From Elusimicrobiota bacterium (GTDB lineage Bacteria; Elusimicrobiota; Elusimicrobia; UBA1565; JACRDR01): a stretch of 64,000 nt of DNA. The DNA is taken from NCBI GenBank assembly GCA_041694815.1, contig JBGFSC010000004.1:50667-114666 (forward strand), in the 5' to 3' direction. Below are positions 1 through 14,804 of the stretch, in pieces (the stretch's first letter is position 1; every line of letters starts with the position of its first letter). The notes under the pieces were generated by a model. That model searched no databases and had not been told where the DNA came from. It saw only the letters and a program-made list of their open reading frames with translations. A program made the translations under genes and the position numbers.

Positions 1-2
1 CC

Positions 3-2786
<2,784 letters not shown>

Positions 2787-2874
2787 AGACGTTTAAATTT
2801 CCCCTTTTACCAGCGGCTACTCCTTGATAAGAGGCGGTAGAGGCCTTATACTCCTTGCGTCCAAGGAGGAGGGA

Positions 2875-3105
2875 ATGAAAGCGTTTGTCCTTTGCCGTCT
2901 GGTGGCGGGCTTGGAGCAGAAGGCGCTGGCCCAGATCCGCAGCATCAAGGGGGTCAACGACGTTTATTTGACCTTCGGTCATTGGGACGCCGTCCTGAGC
3001 GCCGAGGCCGACACCATCGACAAGCTCAGCGGGCTGATCGTGCGCGAGGTGCGGGGCATTCACGGGGTGCAGAGCACCGAGACCCTCGTCACCACTAATC
3101 TTTAG
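2875..3105 (+). CDS. Stand-alone Lrp/AsnC ligand-binding domain protein
   Basis: AGGAGG SD before ATG 2875. MKAFVL...V..VY..FGHWDAV...VRGIHGVQSTETL matches the AsnC C-terminal domain; no HTH. Confidence 0.85.
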   Translation: MKAFVLCRLVAGLEQKALAQIRSIKGVNDVYLTFGHWDAVLSAEADTIDKLSGLIVREVRGIHGVQSTETLVTTNL

Positions 3106-3183
3106 CCGACCGTTTTTGACGCCTATTGACTGGGAGTCGAATGACGTCCCGCGGGGAAATGTTGTATAGTGGGCGCGTTCCGC

Positions 3184-3830
3184 ATGAGGTGGTTTTTCCC
3201 TTTCCTGACTTCATCGATCGGCAAGAAACTGCAGGTCGCCGCCGCGGGGCTGCTGTTGTGCGTATTCCTCGTATCCCATCTGGCCGGCAATCTTCTTCTC
3301 TATTTCGGCCCCGAAACGTTTAACCTGTACGCTGAAAAGCTGGCTAAAAATATATTCCTGCCCATCGCCGAAGTAGGATTGTTGGCCCTCTTCCTGCTCC
3401 ATATCGCCTCCGCCCTTTGGGTACGTTATGAGGATATCAAGGCCCGTCCCGTGCCGTATCAGAGCTACCGGTCGTTGGGGGGGCGCAGCCTCGGGTCGAG
3501 GACGATGGCCGCCTCGGGCATCCTGCTGTTGGCGTTTTTGATCGTCCACGTCAAGACCTTCCGCTTCACCCCCAACGAGAACCTCTACTACCACGTCATC
3601 GGCAGCTTCAGGAGCGTCCCCTACGCCCTGTTTTACCTCGCCGCCATGGCGGCGTTGGGGCTGCACTTGAGCCACGGCGTGCAAAGCGCTTTCCGCACTT
3701 TCGGTGTCGAGCACCCGAAATATACCCCCGCCATCGAGCGCGCCGGCTGGGCCTTCGCGGGCGTCATCGCGGCGGGATTCGCCTCGATCGTGGTCTGGGC
3801 CGGCTGGTTCGCCGCGAGAAGCTGCTGCCA

Positions 3831-3834
<4 letters not shown>
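3184..3834 (+). CDS. sdhC: Succinate dehydrogenase cytochrome b subunit
   Basis: SSIGKK, HLAGNL and LHLSHG..SAF.T.G motifs; 5 predicted TM helices; precedes sdhA. Confidence 0.93.
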
Positions 3835-5768
<1,934 letters not shown>

Positions 5769-5769
5769 C

Positions 5770-6519
5770 ATGAACCTCACGCTGCGGGTCTGGCGGCAGA
5801 AGGATTCCTCCTCCCCCGGACGGATGGTCGCCTACGAGGCCGGCGGGGTTTCCCCCGATATGTCTTTCTTGGAGATGCTCGATACCGTCAACGAGGCGCT
5901 TATCCGCAAGGGGGAGGACCCGATCGCCTTCGACCACGACTGCCGCGAGGGCATCTGCGGCATGTGCAGCCTCGTCATCAACGGGCAGGCCCACGGCCCG
6001 GAGAGGAACTCGACCGTCTGCCAGCTGCACATGCGCCATTTCAAGGACGGCGATACCATCACCATCGAGCCGTGGCGCGCCCGCGCCTTCCCGGTGGTCA
6101 AGGACTTGGTCATCGACCGATCCTCCTTCGACCGGATCATGCAGAAGGGCGGCTACGTGTCCGTGCCCACCGGCTCGGCGCCCGACGGCAACTGCCTGCT
6201 CGTGCCGAAGGGGCGCTCCGAGGCGGCGATGGACGCTGCGGCCTGCATTGGCTGCGGCGCCTGCGTGGCGGCCTGCCCGAACGCCTCGGCGACGCTGTTC
6301 GTCGCCGCCAAGATATCCCATTTGGCCCTGCTCCCCCAAGGGGGGCCCGAGCGCGAGCGCCGCGCGGCGTCCATGACGAGAGCCATGCAGGAGGAGGGCT
6401 TCGGGCATTGCACGCACGAGGCCGAATGCGAGGCGGCCTGCCCGAAGGGCATCAAGCTCTCCAACATCGCGCGCATGAACCGCGAGTTCCTCCGCGCCAG
6501 CCTCCTGTCGCGTGAATGA
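5770..6519 (+). CDS. sdhB: Succinate dehydrogenase/fumarate reductase iron-sulfur subunit
   Basis: Start at ATG 5770. [20 protein letters not shown] and C....EC...CPKGI cluster motifs. Confidence 0.96.
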   Translation: MNLTLRVWRQKDSSSPGRMVAYEAGGVSPDMSFLEMLDTVNEALIRKGEDPIAFDHDCREGICGMCSLVINGQAHGPERNSTVCQLHMRHFKDGDTITIEPWRARAFPVVKDLVIDRSSFDRIMQKGGYVSVPTGSAPDGNCLLVPKGRSEAAMDAAACIGCGACVAACPNASATLFVAAKISHLALLPQGGPERERRAASMTRAMQEEGFGHCTHEAECEAACPKGIKLSNIARMNREFLRASLLSRE

Positions 6520-6589
6520 TTCGCGTCGGACGCCTAGACGAAGATATTCCCCTCATTTTGAGCGCTTCACGTCCCGCCAGGCGCCGAGA

Positions 6590-6952
6590 CTAGACCTTTT
6601 CATCCCATAGTCCGCGGCGCTTGGGCTTTTCGATCCATCGCGCGGCTACCATATCTCCCAGATGTCGCCGGGCCCGGGGCAAAATCACAAGGTCGCAGAG
6701 CATCGCGTCAAGCAGTCGCCGCAAGGTCGAGACTTGGACGTCTATCCGGCCTTTTTCAAGGCGGGCTATATGGGCCTGCGGCACTTTTGCCCGCTGAGCT
6801 AGGATTCGTTGAGGCATTAAGAGCTTTACGCGCAGGGCCCCAACGAGTGGGCCAGGCTCAAGGGGCTCCGGTAGCTGTAGATGTTCCGCATAAATGAGCG
6901 CCTGATGCAAGCTGCGGCGCTGGCGGATCGAGATAAAGGATTGTCGGCCCAT
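6590..6952 (-). CDS. XRE-family HTH protein (mobile mystery protein A-like), orphan
   Basis: LR..LLMPQRILAQRAKVPQAHIARLEKG...VSTLRRLLDAM.CDLV HTH_XRE pattern. Confidence 0.8.
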   Translation of the reverse strand: MGRQSFISIRQRRSLHQALIYAEHLQLPEPLEPGPLVGALRVKLLMPQRILAQRAKVPQAHIARLEKGRIDVQVSTLRRLLDAMLCDLVILPRARRHLGDMVAARWIEKPKRRGLWDEKV

Positions 6953-6992
6953 GCCATTAATACGAATTGCCGCTGATTTAGTTCCATGGACT

Positions 6993-7156
6993 TAGAAGCC
7001 ATCCCAAAACCCGGTTGCGCCTGCAAACGCGGCTTTCGGCCTGCGCCTGCGTCGCTCCTCGCTTGCGTACCTTTCAGGTACGCAGCGCTCGTCGCTCCTT
7101 GAATCGGCTCGAAATTCGCGTTTTCGCGTTTCAACCGGGTTTTAGGGTGGCTTCTA
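6993..7156. mobile_element. MITE-like non-autonomous element (160-bp core, TA flanks)
   Basis: 25-bp terminal inverted repeats at 6993-7017 and 7132-7156 (23/25 match), TA|GAAGCC...GGCTTC|TA. Internal hairpin 7064-7084; 10-bp direct repeats 7050-7059 and 7090-7099. Confidence 0.75.
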
Positions 7157-7303
7157 GTCAACCACTCGCGAATCCTTCTAGCTTTAATATGTTTAAGCGC
7201 ATAAATCCCAGAAGGATTTTGAGTGCCTTATCTACATAGCGGACGATCGCTCGACTCGGTGGGGCGCATTTTGTACACTTCCGTGCGATATTTTCGCGCT
7301 CCT

Positions 7304-7735
7304 ATGGAGAAAAAAACGCAGCCTCGGCCCGGCGAAGGCAAGGTGGTGATGGTCGTCGACGATGACGAATCCATCCGCGAGCTGCTGGAGTACGTGGTCA
7401 AGAAGGAGGGCTTTGGCGTCGTCAAGGCCGTCGACGGCGAGGACGCCCTCCGGAAGATCGACGAGGCCTCGCCGCATTTGATCCTCCTGGACCTGATGCT
7501 GCCTCGCTACGGGGGATTCGAGGTGCTGCGCAAGCTCCAGGCCGGCCCCACGGCCAGCATTCCGATCGTCGTCGTCACGGGCCGCTATACCGAGCGGACG
7601 ACGATGGAAATGATCCGCCAGGAATCGAACGTCGTCGAGTTCCTGGAGAAGCCGCTCAAGACCCCGGTGCTGGCGGCGCTGCTCCACCGCATTTTGGGCG
7701 GCGAGCCGGCCGGCTCGAAGCCGGCCAAGGGCTGA
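7304..7735 (+). CDS. Single-domain response regulator (receiver)
   Basis: VVDDD, LLDLMLP, VVTG and EKP receiver motifs. Confidence 0.92.
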   Translation: MEKKTQPRPGEGKVVMVVDDDESIRELLEYVVKKEGFGVVKAVDGEDALRKIDEASPHLILLDLMLPRYGGFEVLRKLQAGPTASIPIVVVTGRYTERTTMEMIRQESNVVEFLEKPLKTPVLAALLHRILGGEPAGSKPAKG

Positions 7736-7736
7736 C

Positions 7737-8189
7737 ATGGAAGAACAGGGCGCGCTGGCCGATCCCAAGGAGAAGCTGATCCTCATCGTCGACGACGACG
7801 AAAGCATCCTGGACCTCATGGAGCACGTCGTCAAGAAGGAGGGCTTCCGCGTCGAGCGCGGCTCCGACGGGCAGGAGGCGGTCAGCAAGGCGCAGGCCTT
7901 GAACCCCGATTTGATCATACTGGACTTCATGCTCCCGGGGATGGGCGGCTACGAGGTCGTCAAGGAGCTCCAAGGCGAGCGCTCCGCGATCCCCATCCTC
8001 GTCATCACGGGCCGGCACCTCGACCGCCAGTCGATCGACATGGTCAAGCGCGAGAGCAACGTCCGGGAATTCATGGAGAAGCCGATCAAGCCCGTGCTCT
8101 TGGGCGCCACCCTGCACCGTATCCTCAAGACCCGCCCGCCCGAGATAAACCGCGCCGCCGACCGCGGGCCCTTGGGCGGCCGGTGGTGA
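7737..8189 (+). CDS. Single-domain response regulator (receiver), tandem paralog
   Basis: IVDDD, ILDFMLP, VITG and EKP. Shares VVKKEGF and ESNV.EF.EKP with the upstream gene. Confidence 0.92.
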   Translation: MEEQGALADPKEKLILIVDDDESILDLMEHVVKKEGFRVERGSDGQEAVSKAQALNPDLIILDFMLPGMGGYEVVKELQGERSAIPILVITGRHLDRQSIDMVKRESNVREFMEKPIKPVLLGATLHRILKTRPPEINRAADRGPLGGRW

Positions 8190-8238
8190 CGCTCGCCCCT
8201 CCCGCGGGGAAGCGAGTAGCCGAGGGGAATCGTCCTTC

Positions 8239-8664
8239 ATGAAGTGGTTGTTGTTGCCGTTAGTTCTCTACGGCCTCGCCGCCGCGGACCTCGCCCTTCG
8301 CGCTCGGCGCGCCTGCGCCGAGGGAGAGAAATACATGCTTTGGCATTCGGACCCGGCCTCCAAGCGCGGCTTTTACGAGGCCCTGCTCGCACGGCGCAAA
8401 TCGGAGCTCTTAGCCGAGCGCGAGTCGGGCTTGGGTGAAGCGCAGTACCGTCGCAAGCTGGCGTTGGCCGAGGTGGAGAAGGAGCACGCCGTCTCCGAGA
8501 GCTCGCTTAAATTCGCCGTGCGGTGGTTTGAGACCTGCGCCGACCTTTTCTCGCCGCCGGAGAACCCTTGGGTGCGACGCTGCCGCCGCCGCCTCGAGGA
8601 GGCGCGGGTACAATGGGACCGCGAGCTGCGCTCCGCCAAGGTCCCAGAGCCCCGGCCGCGTTGA
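8239..8664 (+). CDS. Hypothetical protein with N-terminal hydrophobic anchor
   Basis: GAGGGG upstream; hydrophobic N-terminus; fits operon spacing. Confidence 0.65.
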   Translation: MKWLLLPLVLYGLAAADLALRARRACAEGEKYMLWHSDPASKRGFYEALLARRKSELLAERESGLGEAQYRRKLALAEVEKEHAVSESSLKFAVRWFETCADLFSPPENPWVRRCRRRLEEARVQWDRELRSAKVPEPRPR

Positions 8665-9380
8665 ACCGTTCCGCTTACCGGTGGGCCAAATGGGTCTTCG
8701 GGGCCGCCGGCCTTCCTCTGGCCGCTGGCGCCGTGGCGGCCGCGGCCCTGTCGCTGCTGCAGCTGGCCAGCCGACCTCGCGAGACGGTTTTTTTCCTCGG
8801 AGGTTTCCTGGCGTATCCGCTCTGGCGCCTGGCCTCCGCGGTGCGGCAGGGCCGGCTCTACGTTCTCGGCCACGAGCTCGCCCATGCCATGGCCGCCTGG
8901 GCGAGCGGCTATCGCGTCCATCGCATTTCCGTGGGGCGCCGCGGCGGGCATGTGGATTTATCCGGCAGCAACGCCGCCGTCGCCCTGGCTCCCTACGTGC
9001 TGCCGACCTACACCCTGATGGCGGTCGTCGCCTACCGGCTTTGGCTGCTGCGCTTCGAGGCCGCCCCCTGGTCGGAGGCAACGTTTCTTTCCCTCGCCGG
9101 GCTTTCGCTGTCCTTCCACCTGGTCGCGACCGCCGAGATACTGCTGGGGCGCCGGCAGTCCGACCTGGCGGCGGCGGGGGGAGTTCTCTTCTCGCTGACG
9201 GCCATCGGCCTTTGCAACGGCGTTTTCGTGGTGCTGCTGCTTAAATGCCTGTTCCCCGGGGCCGTGTCGGTGGCCGCGGCGCATCGGACGGCGTTCGGCT
9301 TCGCCGAGGCTTGCCTTGGGGCGCTGGAGTGGTCAGTCGAGGGCGTCCGAGCCCTGTGGGTTTTTTTTAAAGTAAAATGA
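8661..9380 (+). CDS. M50-like membrane zinc metallopeptidase
   Basis: HELAH motif, ALAPY and multiple TM segments. TTG start overlaps the upstream TGA. Confidence 0.75.
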   Translation: MNRSAYRWAKWVFGAAGLPLAAGAVAAAALSLLQLASRPRETVFFLGGFLAYPLWRLASAVRQGRLYVLGHELAHAMAAWASGYRVHRISVGRRGGHVDLSGSNAAVALAPYVLPTYTLMAVVAYRLWLLRFEAAPWSEATFLSLAGLSLSFHLVATAEILLGRRQSDLAAAGGVLFSLTAIGLCNGVFVVLLLKCLFPGAVSVAAAHRTAFGFAEACLGALEWSVEGVRALWVFFKVK

Positions 9381-9384
9381 AGGC

Positions 9385-11640
9385 GTGGCGGCCTTCAAAT
9401 ACACGAAAAAAACCTTGTCTCGCGTCTTCAGGGCGCTGAAAATACTGCTTCGGGCGGCGGCATTTTTACTGCTTTTGGCCGTCTTTCTGGTCGGCTCGGC
9501 GGTCCTGGCTTTGCGCTTTTTGGTTACACCGGAGCACGTGCGCGCGTTCGTGTCGACCGAGTTGCAGGAGATACTCCATCGCCCCGTCCAGATCGGCAGC
9601 ATTGACTTATTGGTTTTCCAAGGATTGCGCGTGCGCGGCCTGCGCGTATTGGAGTCGCCCGATTTTCCGGGCCAGGAGTTCATCACTAGCGAGGTGCTTC
9701 TCGCCAAATACCAATGGAGGGCGCTGCTCAACGGCCGCCTCGACTTCACCGAATTGCGCCTGGTAGCGCCGCGAATCCGCCTGCTACGCCGCGAGGACGG
9801 GCGATGGAATATCGAGGATATTTTTTCGGAGAAGGCCAGTGGCGGCGCTATGCCCCGGGTGCCCTTAAGCGCCCTCCCGGTTTCGCTGGTGGCCGACATG
9901 CTTTCCGTCGACCACGGCGACGTTGAGATCGACGACCGCAAGGAGGGGCAGCGCCGCCTCATCCGGGATTTCAACCTGGAGGTCCGTCGTTTCAACACTA
10001 AAGGACCCTTCGCGGCGAAATTTTCCTTCCAAACCTCCGGATCGCTCGGTGGGAAACCGATCCGTTTGGCGGCGGCGGCCACCGGCAGCCTTTCGCTGGC
10101 CGGCTTCAGGTGGGCGGAGGCCTTTTTCCAGGCTGAGAAAATACGCGCCGTCGTCGATGGCGAGAGGCTTTCGGGCTCGGGCAGCCTCAAGAACTTCACG
10201 GCCCCCCAAGTCGACTTGAGGGTGGAACTGCCCCGGATCGACTCGGCCACCCTCTCGCGTTACCGTTCAGTGCCTTCGGGAATCGCGATCCCGGCGTCGC
10301 AGCTGCGGCTGAAGGCGCGCATGCCGGCGCCGGGAGATTTCCGGGTCGACCTGCTTGAATGGTGGGCCGATCCGTTGAGGTTGAGAGCCAAGCTCGCTTA
10401 TTATCCCGTCAAGAACGGTCGGGCCTTCGAGCTCTCGGCCGGCGCGCCCGCCTTGTCGCTGCAGAGGATCTCGCAGCTATGGACAGGGCTGGAGCGCTAC
10501 CGTCTCGCCGGCAGCGCCGACGCGAACGTCATCCTTTATGGAGTACCGCAAGACCCCAATTCCCCCATCGGCATCAAGAAACTGATGATTCAAGCCCGAG
10601 GATTGAGCCTTTCCTTGCCGAAAGACAGGCGCTTCTCGGCGGCCAATATCCGCTTCACCGCGCAGAGGCGCTTCGCGGAGACCAGCCTGCAGGCCAGCGG
10701 CGCGGCCGTGAACGCTTACGGCAGCCGCTTTGCCGATATCAATGCCGGAGTGACATCCCGGCAGGAGAAAGTCGAGGTCGAACGCCTGGATTTCTCCTGG
10801 AATGGATCACACGTGAAGCTCAAAGGCAAGCTGGAGGGGCTGGCCTCTCCCAAGTCCGTCTACGTGGAAGGGTCGGTAGATAGGCTCGCCTTGAAGGAGG
10901 CCATCCGCGCGGTCTCGGGTATCGTCGAAGAGTTGCGTGGCGCGCCGGGAGCATCCCCCGCTCCAGCTCCCGCCGGGCCCAGGAAATGGTCGCAGGTTTT
11001 GAAGTACTCTATCCCCAAGACATTCCCGGCGATCTCGGGCCGCCTTCGGATCTCCGATCTCGTCTATCCCAATTTCAATACTTTCAATTTGGAACTCTCC
11101 TGGCAGCTCACGGGCATTTCGACGGGCTTGCGCAAGGCCAGCGGCAGCGTCCGGACGGCGTTCGGGCCGGGCCGAGTCAGCAATATCCCGGAGTTGCAGA
11201 ACGAGGGGAAGGTGCTGCGCGTCCTCTTCCTCCCTTTCGTGTTCATGCACCGTTTGAACAACTCCGTCGTCTTCAGCCTGCAGACGGCCTACCCCAAGAC
11301 CCTGGATTTCACGAGGCTTTATGGGGAATACGGCCTGCGGCAGGGGGTCGTCGACGTCCGGATGTTTTACGTCGACAGCCCGCAGCTGCTGGCGTTCGCC
11401 GACGGGAAGGTGGACTTCCCCCGTGAGAAGGTGGATATGCACGTTCTGACCCGGCTGACCTCCTCAAGGGGCCCTCTGCCCGAGGCGCTTTCCGACGAAA
11501 AGGGCCGGCCCTCGATCGGCTTCTTCGTGCGGCAGGACTTAAATAAGCCGACGGTGGAGGTGCAGTTCCGGAAAATGGGCGCCAACGCCATCGAGGACGC
11601 CCTGCAGCAGGCGCTTCGACGGACGGGGAAGTCTTTTTGA
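9385..11640 (+). CDS. AsmA-family protein
   Basis: N-terminal TM, RPVQIGSI, P.I.L.RREDGRWNI and a beta-rich C-terminus with G.VDF. Confidence 0.8.
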   Translation: MAAFKYTKKTLSRVFRALKILLRAAAFLLLLAVFLVGSAVLALRFLVTPEHVRAFVSTELQEILHRPVQIGSIDLLVFQGLRVRGLRVLESPDFPGQEFITSEVLLAKYQWRALLNGRLDFTELRLVAPRIRLLRREDGRWNIEDIFSEKASGGAMPRVPLSALPVSLVADMLSVDHGDVEIDDRKEGQRRLIRDFNLEVRRFNTKGPFAAKFSFQTSGSLGGKPIRLAAAATGSLSLAGFRWAEAFFQAEKIRAVVDGERLSGSGSLKNFTAPQVDLRVELPRIDSATLSRYRSVPSGIAIPASQLRLKARMPAPGDFRVDLLEWWADPLRLRAKLAYYPVKNGRAFELSAGAPALSLQRISQLWTGLERYRLAGSADANVILYGVPQDPNSPIGIKKLMIQARGLSLSLPKDRRFSAANIRFTAQRRFAETSLQASGAAVNAYGSRFADINAGVTSRQEKVEVERLDFSWNGSHVKLKGKLEGLASPKSVYVEGSVDRLALKEAIRAVSGIVEELRGAPGASPAPAPAGPRKWSQVLKYSIPKTFPAISGRLRISDLVYPNFNTFNLELSWQLTGISTGLRKASGSVRTAFGPGRVSNIPELQNEGKVLRVLFLPFVFMHRLNNSVVFSLQTAYPKTLDFTRLYGEYGLRQGVVDVRMFYVDSPQLLAFADGKVDFPREKVDMHVLTRLTSSRGPLPEALSDEKGRPSIGFFVRQDLNKPTVEVQFRKMGANAIEDALQQALRRTGKSF

Positions 11641-11663
11641 GCCTCTAGGCGGGAGACGAGACA

Positions 11664-12251
11664 ATGAAACGGATGGAGAAATCCGACGTGATCAGCATGC
11701 TACAGGAGCACGGGGCCCTCATCAACGGTCACTTCGAGCTGAGGAGCGGCCTGCATAGCCCCACCTATATCGAAGTGGCGGTGGTGCTCCAATACCCCTA
11801 CATGGCCCAGCGGTTGGCGCGCGGCCTGGCCGCGAAATTTCCCCAAGAGGTCGACGTGGTCGTGTCGCCGGCCATGGGGGGCGTCGTCATAGGCCAGGAG
11901 GTGGCGCGCGCCAAGAAATGCCGCGCGATTTTCGCGGAGCGCTCGGGGGCCTCCATGGGATTTAGGCGTGATTTTAAACTGTCTAGGGGCGAGCGGGTCC
12001 TGGTAGTCGAGGACGTATTGACCACGGGACACTCCACCGGCCAGGTCGTCAGCCTCGCCGCGGTCTATGGGGCGAAGGTTATCGGGGTCTGCGCCATTAT
12101 CGATCGCTCGATGAACGCCCTCCCGCTGCGGGTTCCCGTCCGCGCCTTGGCCTCCTATCCTGTCGAGGTGTTCCCACCGGAATCCTGCCCCCAGTGCGCG
12201 GCGGCCGTCCCGTTGACCCGTCCTTCCAGAGGAGGCTCGGAATCGGACTGA
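11664..12251 (+). CDS. pyrE: Orotate phosphoribosyltransferase
   Basis: GHFELRSGLHS..Y and PRPP motif VLVVEDVLTTG.S. Confidence 0.93.
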   Translation: MKRMEKSDVISMLQEHGALINGHFELRSGLHSPTYIEVAVVLQYPYMAQRLARGLAAKFPQEVDVVVSPAMGGVVIGQEVARAKKCRAIFAERSGASMGFRRDFKLSRGERVLVVEDVLTTGHSTGQVVSLAAVYGAKVIGVCAIIDRSMNALPLRVPVRALASYPVEVFPPESCPQCAAAVPLTRPSRGGSESD

Positions 12252-13480
12252 ATTCGCGCCGCGTTTGGGTCCTTTTCGCCTGCCAAGCCCTGATCGCTGG
12301 GGGCATGGCGCTGTCGTTCCCTTTTTTGGCGATCTACCTGCACCGGCAGCGCGGCATCCCGATGAGCTGGGTCGGCGGGGCTTTGGCGGCCAGCGTGGTG
12401 GTGACCTCCTTTAGCCACGGCCTCGGCGGGGAATTGTCGGACTTGATCGGCCGCAAGCGGGTGCTTCTGCTCTCGATGGCCCTACGCTCCTTGAGCGTGC
12501 TGGCAATGGCGGCCGCGGTATGGGGCGAGGCATCGTTTCCCGCCTTGACGGCCATCCATGTGCTCTCGAACTTTGTCGGCAATTTCTTCGATCCCGCCGC
12601 CCGCGGATGGATTGCGGACCACTGCGGGCCGAACGAGCGCTCGAGGGCCTATGGCCTGCTGCGCATCGCGGTTAATCTGGGCTGGGCCGCGGGGCCGGCG
12701 CTGGGCGGCGCGCTGGCCGCGAGCTCCTACCCCTTGATGTTCGCGCTCTCGGCCCTGGCGTGCGCGGCCTGCGCCGTGCTCGTTGCCCTCTATCTTGAGG
12801 ATCGCCCGGGCGCGCGGCGCCAAGGCGATTTCAATTTCGGCGCCCTCTGGCGCGTCGCCGAGGATCGGCGCTTCATGCGCCTATGCTTTTTCGACGTGCT
12901 AATCGCGCTCGTGATGGCGCAGCTGGTGGTGTCGATGTCGGTGCACGCTACCACCTTCGCCGGCTTGAGCGAGGCGCAGGTGGGGATCCTGTTTTCGATC
13001 AACGGCCTTATCGTCGTGCTGCTGCAGTACCCGGTCGGGCGGCTTTGCGAGCGCTGGAAGATCAGCTCCGCCTTGGCGGCGGGCAGCCTGCTCTACGCCG
13101 GCGGCTACGGGGGCGTGGGCTTTTCCAAAAGCATGGCGACGCTCTCCGGGGCAATCGTGGTCGTGACCCTAGGCGAGATCGTGATGTCCCCCGGGCTTCA
13201 GGCGCTGGCCGCCAACATGGCGCCTCACGGCCTCAAGGGGCGCTACCTTGGAGCTCTCGGTTTTTCCCATCAGTTCGGGACGGCGCTGGGCCCTTTGATC
13301 GGCGGACTGGGCTTGGAGCACTTAAGCCCCGCTTGGGCCCCCGGACCGTGGGTCGTCCTCGCGGCGGTGGCCGTCTTGGCCGCAGGCGGGTTCGCATCCG
13401 TCGCTCGAGAGCTGAGCCCGGCCGAGGAAGGACTTTCGAGCGTCCCGGCCGCGGGAGTGTTGTCGAAAGAGGCGGTTTAA
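12248..13480 (+). CDS. MFS transporter (start uncertain; CTG overlapping the pyrE stop proposed)
   Basis: GELSDLIGRKRVL motif A; about 12 TM segments. Confidence 0.88.
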   Translation: MNSRRVWVLFACQALIAGGMALSFPFLAIYLHRQRGIPMSWVGGALAASVVVTSFSHGLGGELSDLIGRKRVLLLSMALRSLSVLAMAAAVWGEASFPALTAIHVLSNFVGNFFDPAARGWIADHCGPNERSRAYGLLRIAVNLGWAAGPALGGALAASSYPLMFALSALACAACAVLVALYLEDRPGARRQGDFNFGALWRVAEDRRFMRLCFFDVLIALVMAQLVVSMSVHATTFAGLSEAQVGILFSINGLIVVLLQYPVGRLCERWKISSALAAGSLLYAGGYGGVGFSKSMATLSGAIVVVTLGEIVMSPGLQALAANMAPHGLKGRYLGALGFSHQFGTALGPLIGGLGLEHLSPAWAPGPWVVLAAVAVLAAGGFASVARELSPAEEGLSSVPAAGVLSKEAV

Positions 13481-13493
13481 TCATGGAGGGATC

Positions 13494-14804
13494 GTGATCG
13501 AGCGTTATGCGAGGCCGCAAATGGCCCGGATCTGGTCGGAGGAGAACCGCCTCAAGCGGATGCTGGAGGTGGAGATTGCCCTTCTGAGGGCCTTGGCGCC
13601 GAAGAAGAGCATTCCGCCCGCGGAGATTTCGACGGTCGAAAACCTGTTGAGGAAATCGATGGTGGACGCCGTCAAGCGCGGGGAGGCCAAGAGCGGCCAT
13701 GAGGTGGTCAGCCTGATTCAGGCGGTTTCGGCGCAGGTATCGAAGCAGGCCCCCGCTGTGCACCGCTATTTCCATTACGGTTTGACGTCCTCGGACGTGC
13801 TCGACACCGCCTTCGCGCTGCAGCTAGTCGAGGCCGCCGCGCTCCTGCTGGAAGGGTGGAAATCGGTCGCTTCCAAGATTCGGGCGCTCGCGCGGCGACA
13901 TGAGGGCGCCTGGATGGCGGGGCGCACCCATGGGGTCCACGCCGAGCCGATCACTTTCGGCGCCAAACTGGCCGGCTGGCACGCGGAGGCGCTGCGCAAC
14001 GAGGAGCGCCTGCGGCGCGCCAAGGGCCTCATCGCTTTCGGGAAGGCCTCCGGCGCAGTGGGAGCATTCACCCAGCTGACCCCTGATCTGGAGCGGGAGC
14101 TCTGCCGCGCGCTCAAGCTGGAGCCCGAGCCCGTCAGCACCCAGGTCGTGCCGAGGGACCGGCATGCCGATTATTTCCACGCCCTGGTGCTTTCGGCCGC
14201 CGCGATAGAGCGCTTCGCCGTCGAGATCCGGCACTTGCAGAAGACGGAGGTCCTGGAGCTCGAGGAGCCCTTTTCGGAGAATCAGAAGGGCTCCTCCGCC
14301 ATGCCCCACAAGCGCAATCCCGTCTTGTGCGAGAACCTATGCGGGCTTTCCAGGATGATCCGCTCCTACGAATCCGCGGTGGTGGAAAACGTGCCCTTAT
14401 GGCACGAGCGGGATATCACGCACTCCTCGGTGGAGCGCGTGGTCTTTCCCGACGCCTGCCTGCTTTTGGACTTCATGCTCCATCGCTTCGCCTCCGTCCT
14501 CGACGGCCTGCAAGTCTATCCCAAGCGGATGCGCGCCAACCTCGAGAGCTCGCTCGGGTTGATCTTCTCACAGCGCGTGTTGCTGCGCTTGATCGACCGG
14601 GGCCTGGGGCGCTTGGAGGCCTACGACGCGGTTCAGCGCTGCGCCATGAAGGCGTTCAAGCGCCGCGAGCCCCTGCTCGGCGTGCTCCTCGCCGATAAGA
14701 CGGTCGCGCGCTCCCTCTCCCCTAAGGAGCTGCGCGAATGCTTCGAGCTTTCCGGGTATAAGAAGGCAGTCCAGGATATCCTCAAGCGCGGGGGCGTGCT
14801 CTGA
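13494..14804 (+). CDS. purB: Adenylosuccinate lyase
   Basis: MIERY, HYGLTSSD, GRTHGVHAEP and signature GSSAMPHKRNP. Confidence 0.96.
   Translation: MIERYARPQMARIWSEENRLKRMLEVEIALLRALAPKKSIPPAEISTVENLLRKSMVDAVKRGEAKSGHEVVSLIQAVSAQVSKQAPAVHRYFHYGLTSSDVLDTAFALQLVEAAALLLEGWKSVASKIRALARRHEGAWMAGRTHGVHAEPITFGAKLAGWHAEALRNEERLRRAKGLIAFGKASGAVGAFTQLTPDLERELCRALKLEPEPVSTQVVPRDRHADYFHALVLSAAAIERFAVEIRHLQKTEVLELEEPFSENQKGSSAMPHKRNPVLCENLCGLSRMIRSYESAVVENVPLWHERDITHSSVERVVFPDACLLLDFMLHRFASVLDGLQVYPKRMRANLESSLGLIFSQRVLLRLIDRGLGRLEAYDAVQRCAMKAFKRREPLLGVLLADKTVARSLSPKELRECFELSGYKKAVQDILKRGGVL

Noticed and set aside
7171-7218. 9-bp inverted repeat AATCCTTCT...AGAAGGATT as an XRE operator
   Set aside because: It has a 30-nt spacer and occurs once, which is insufficient support.
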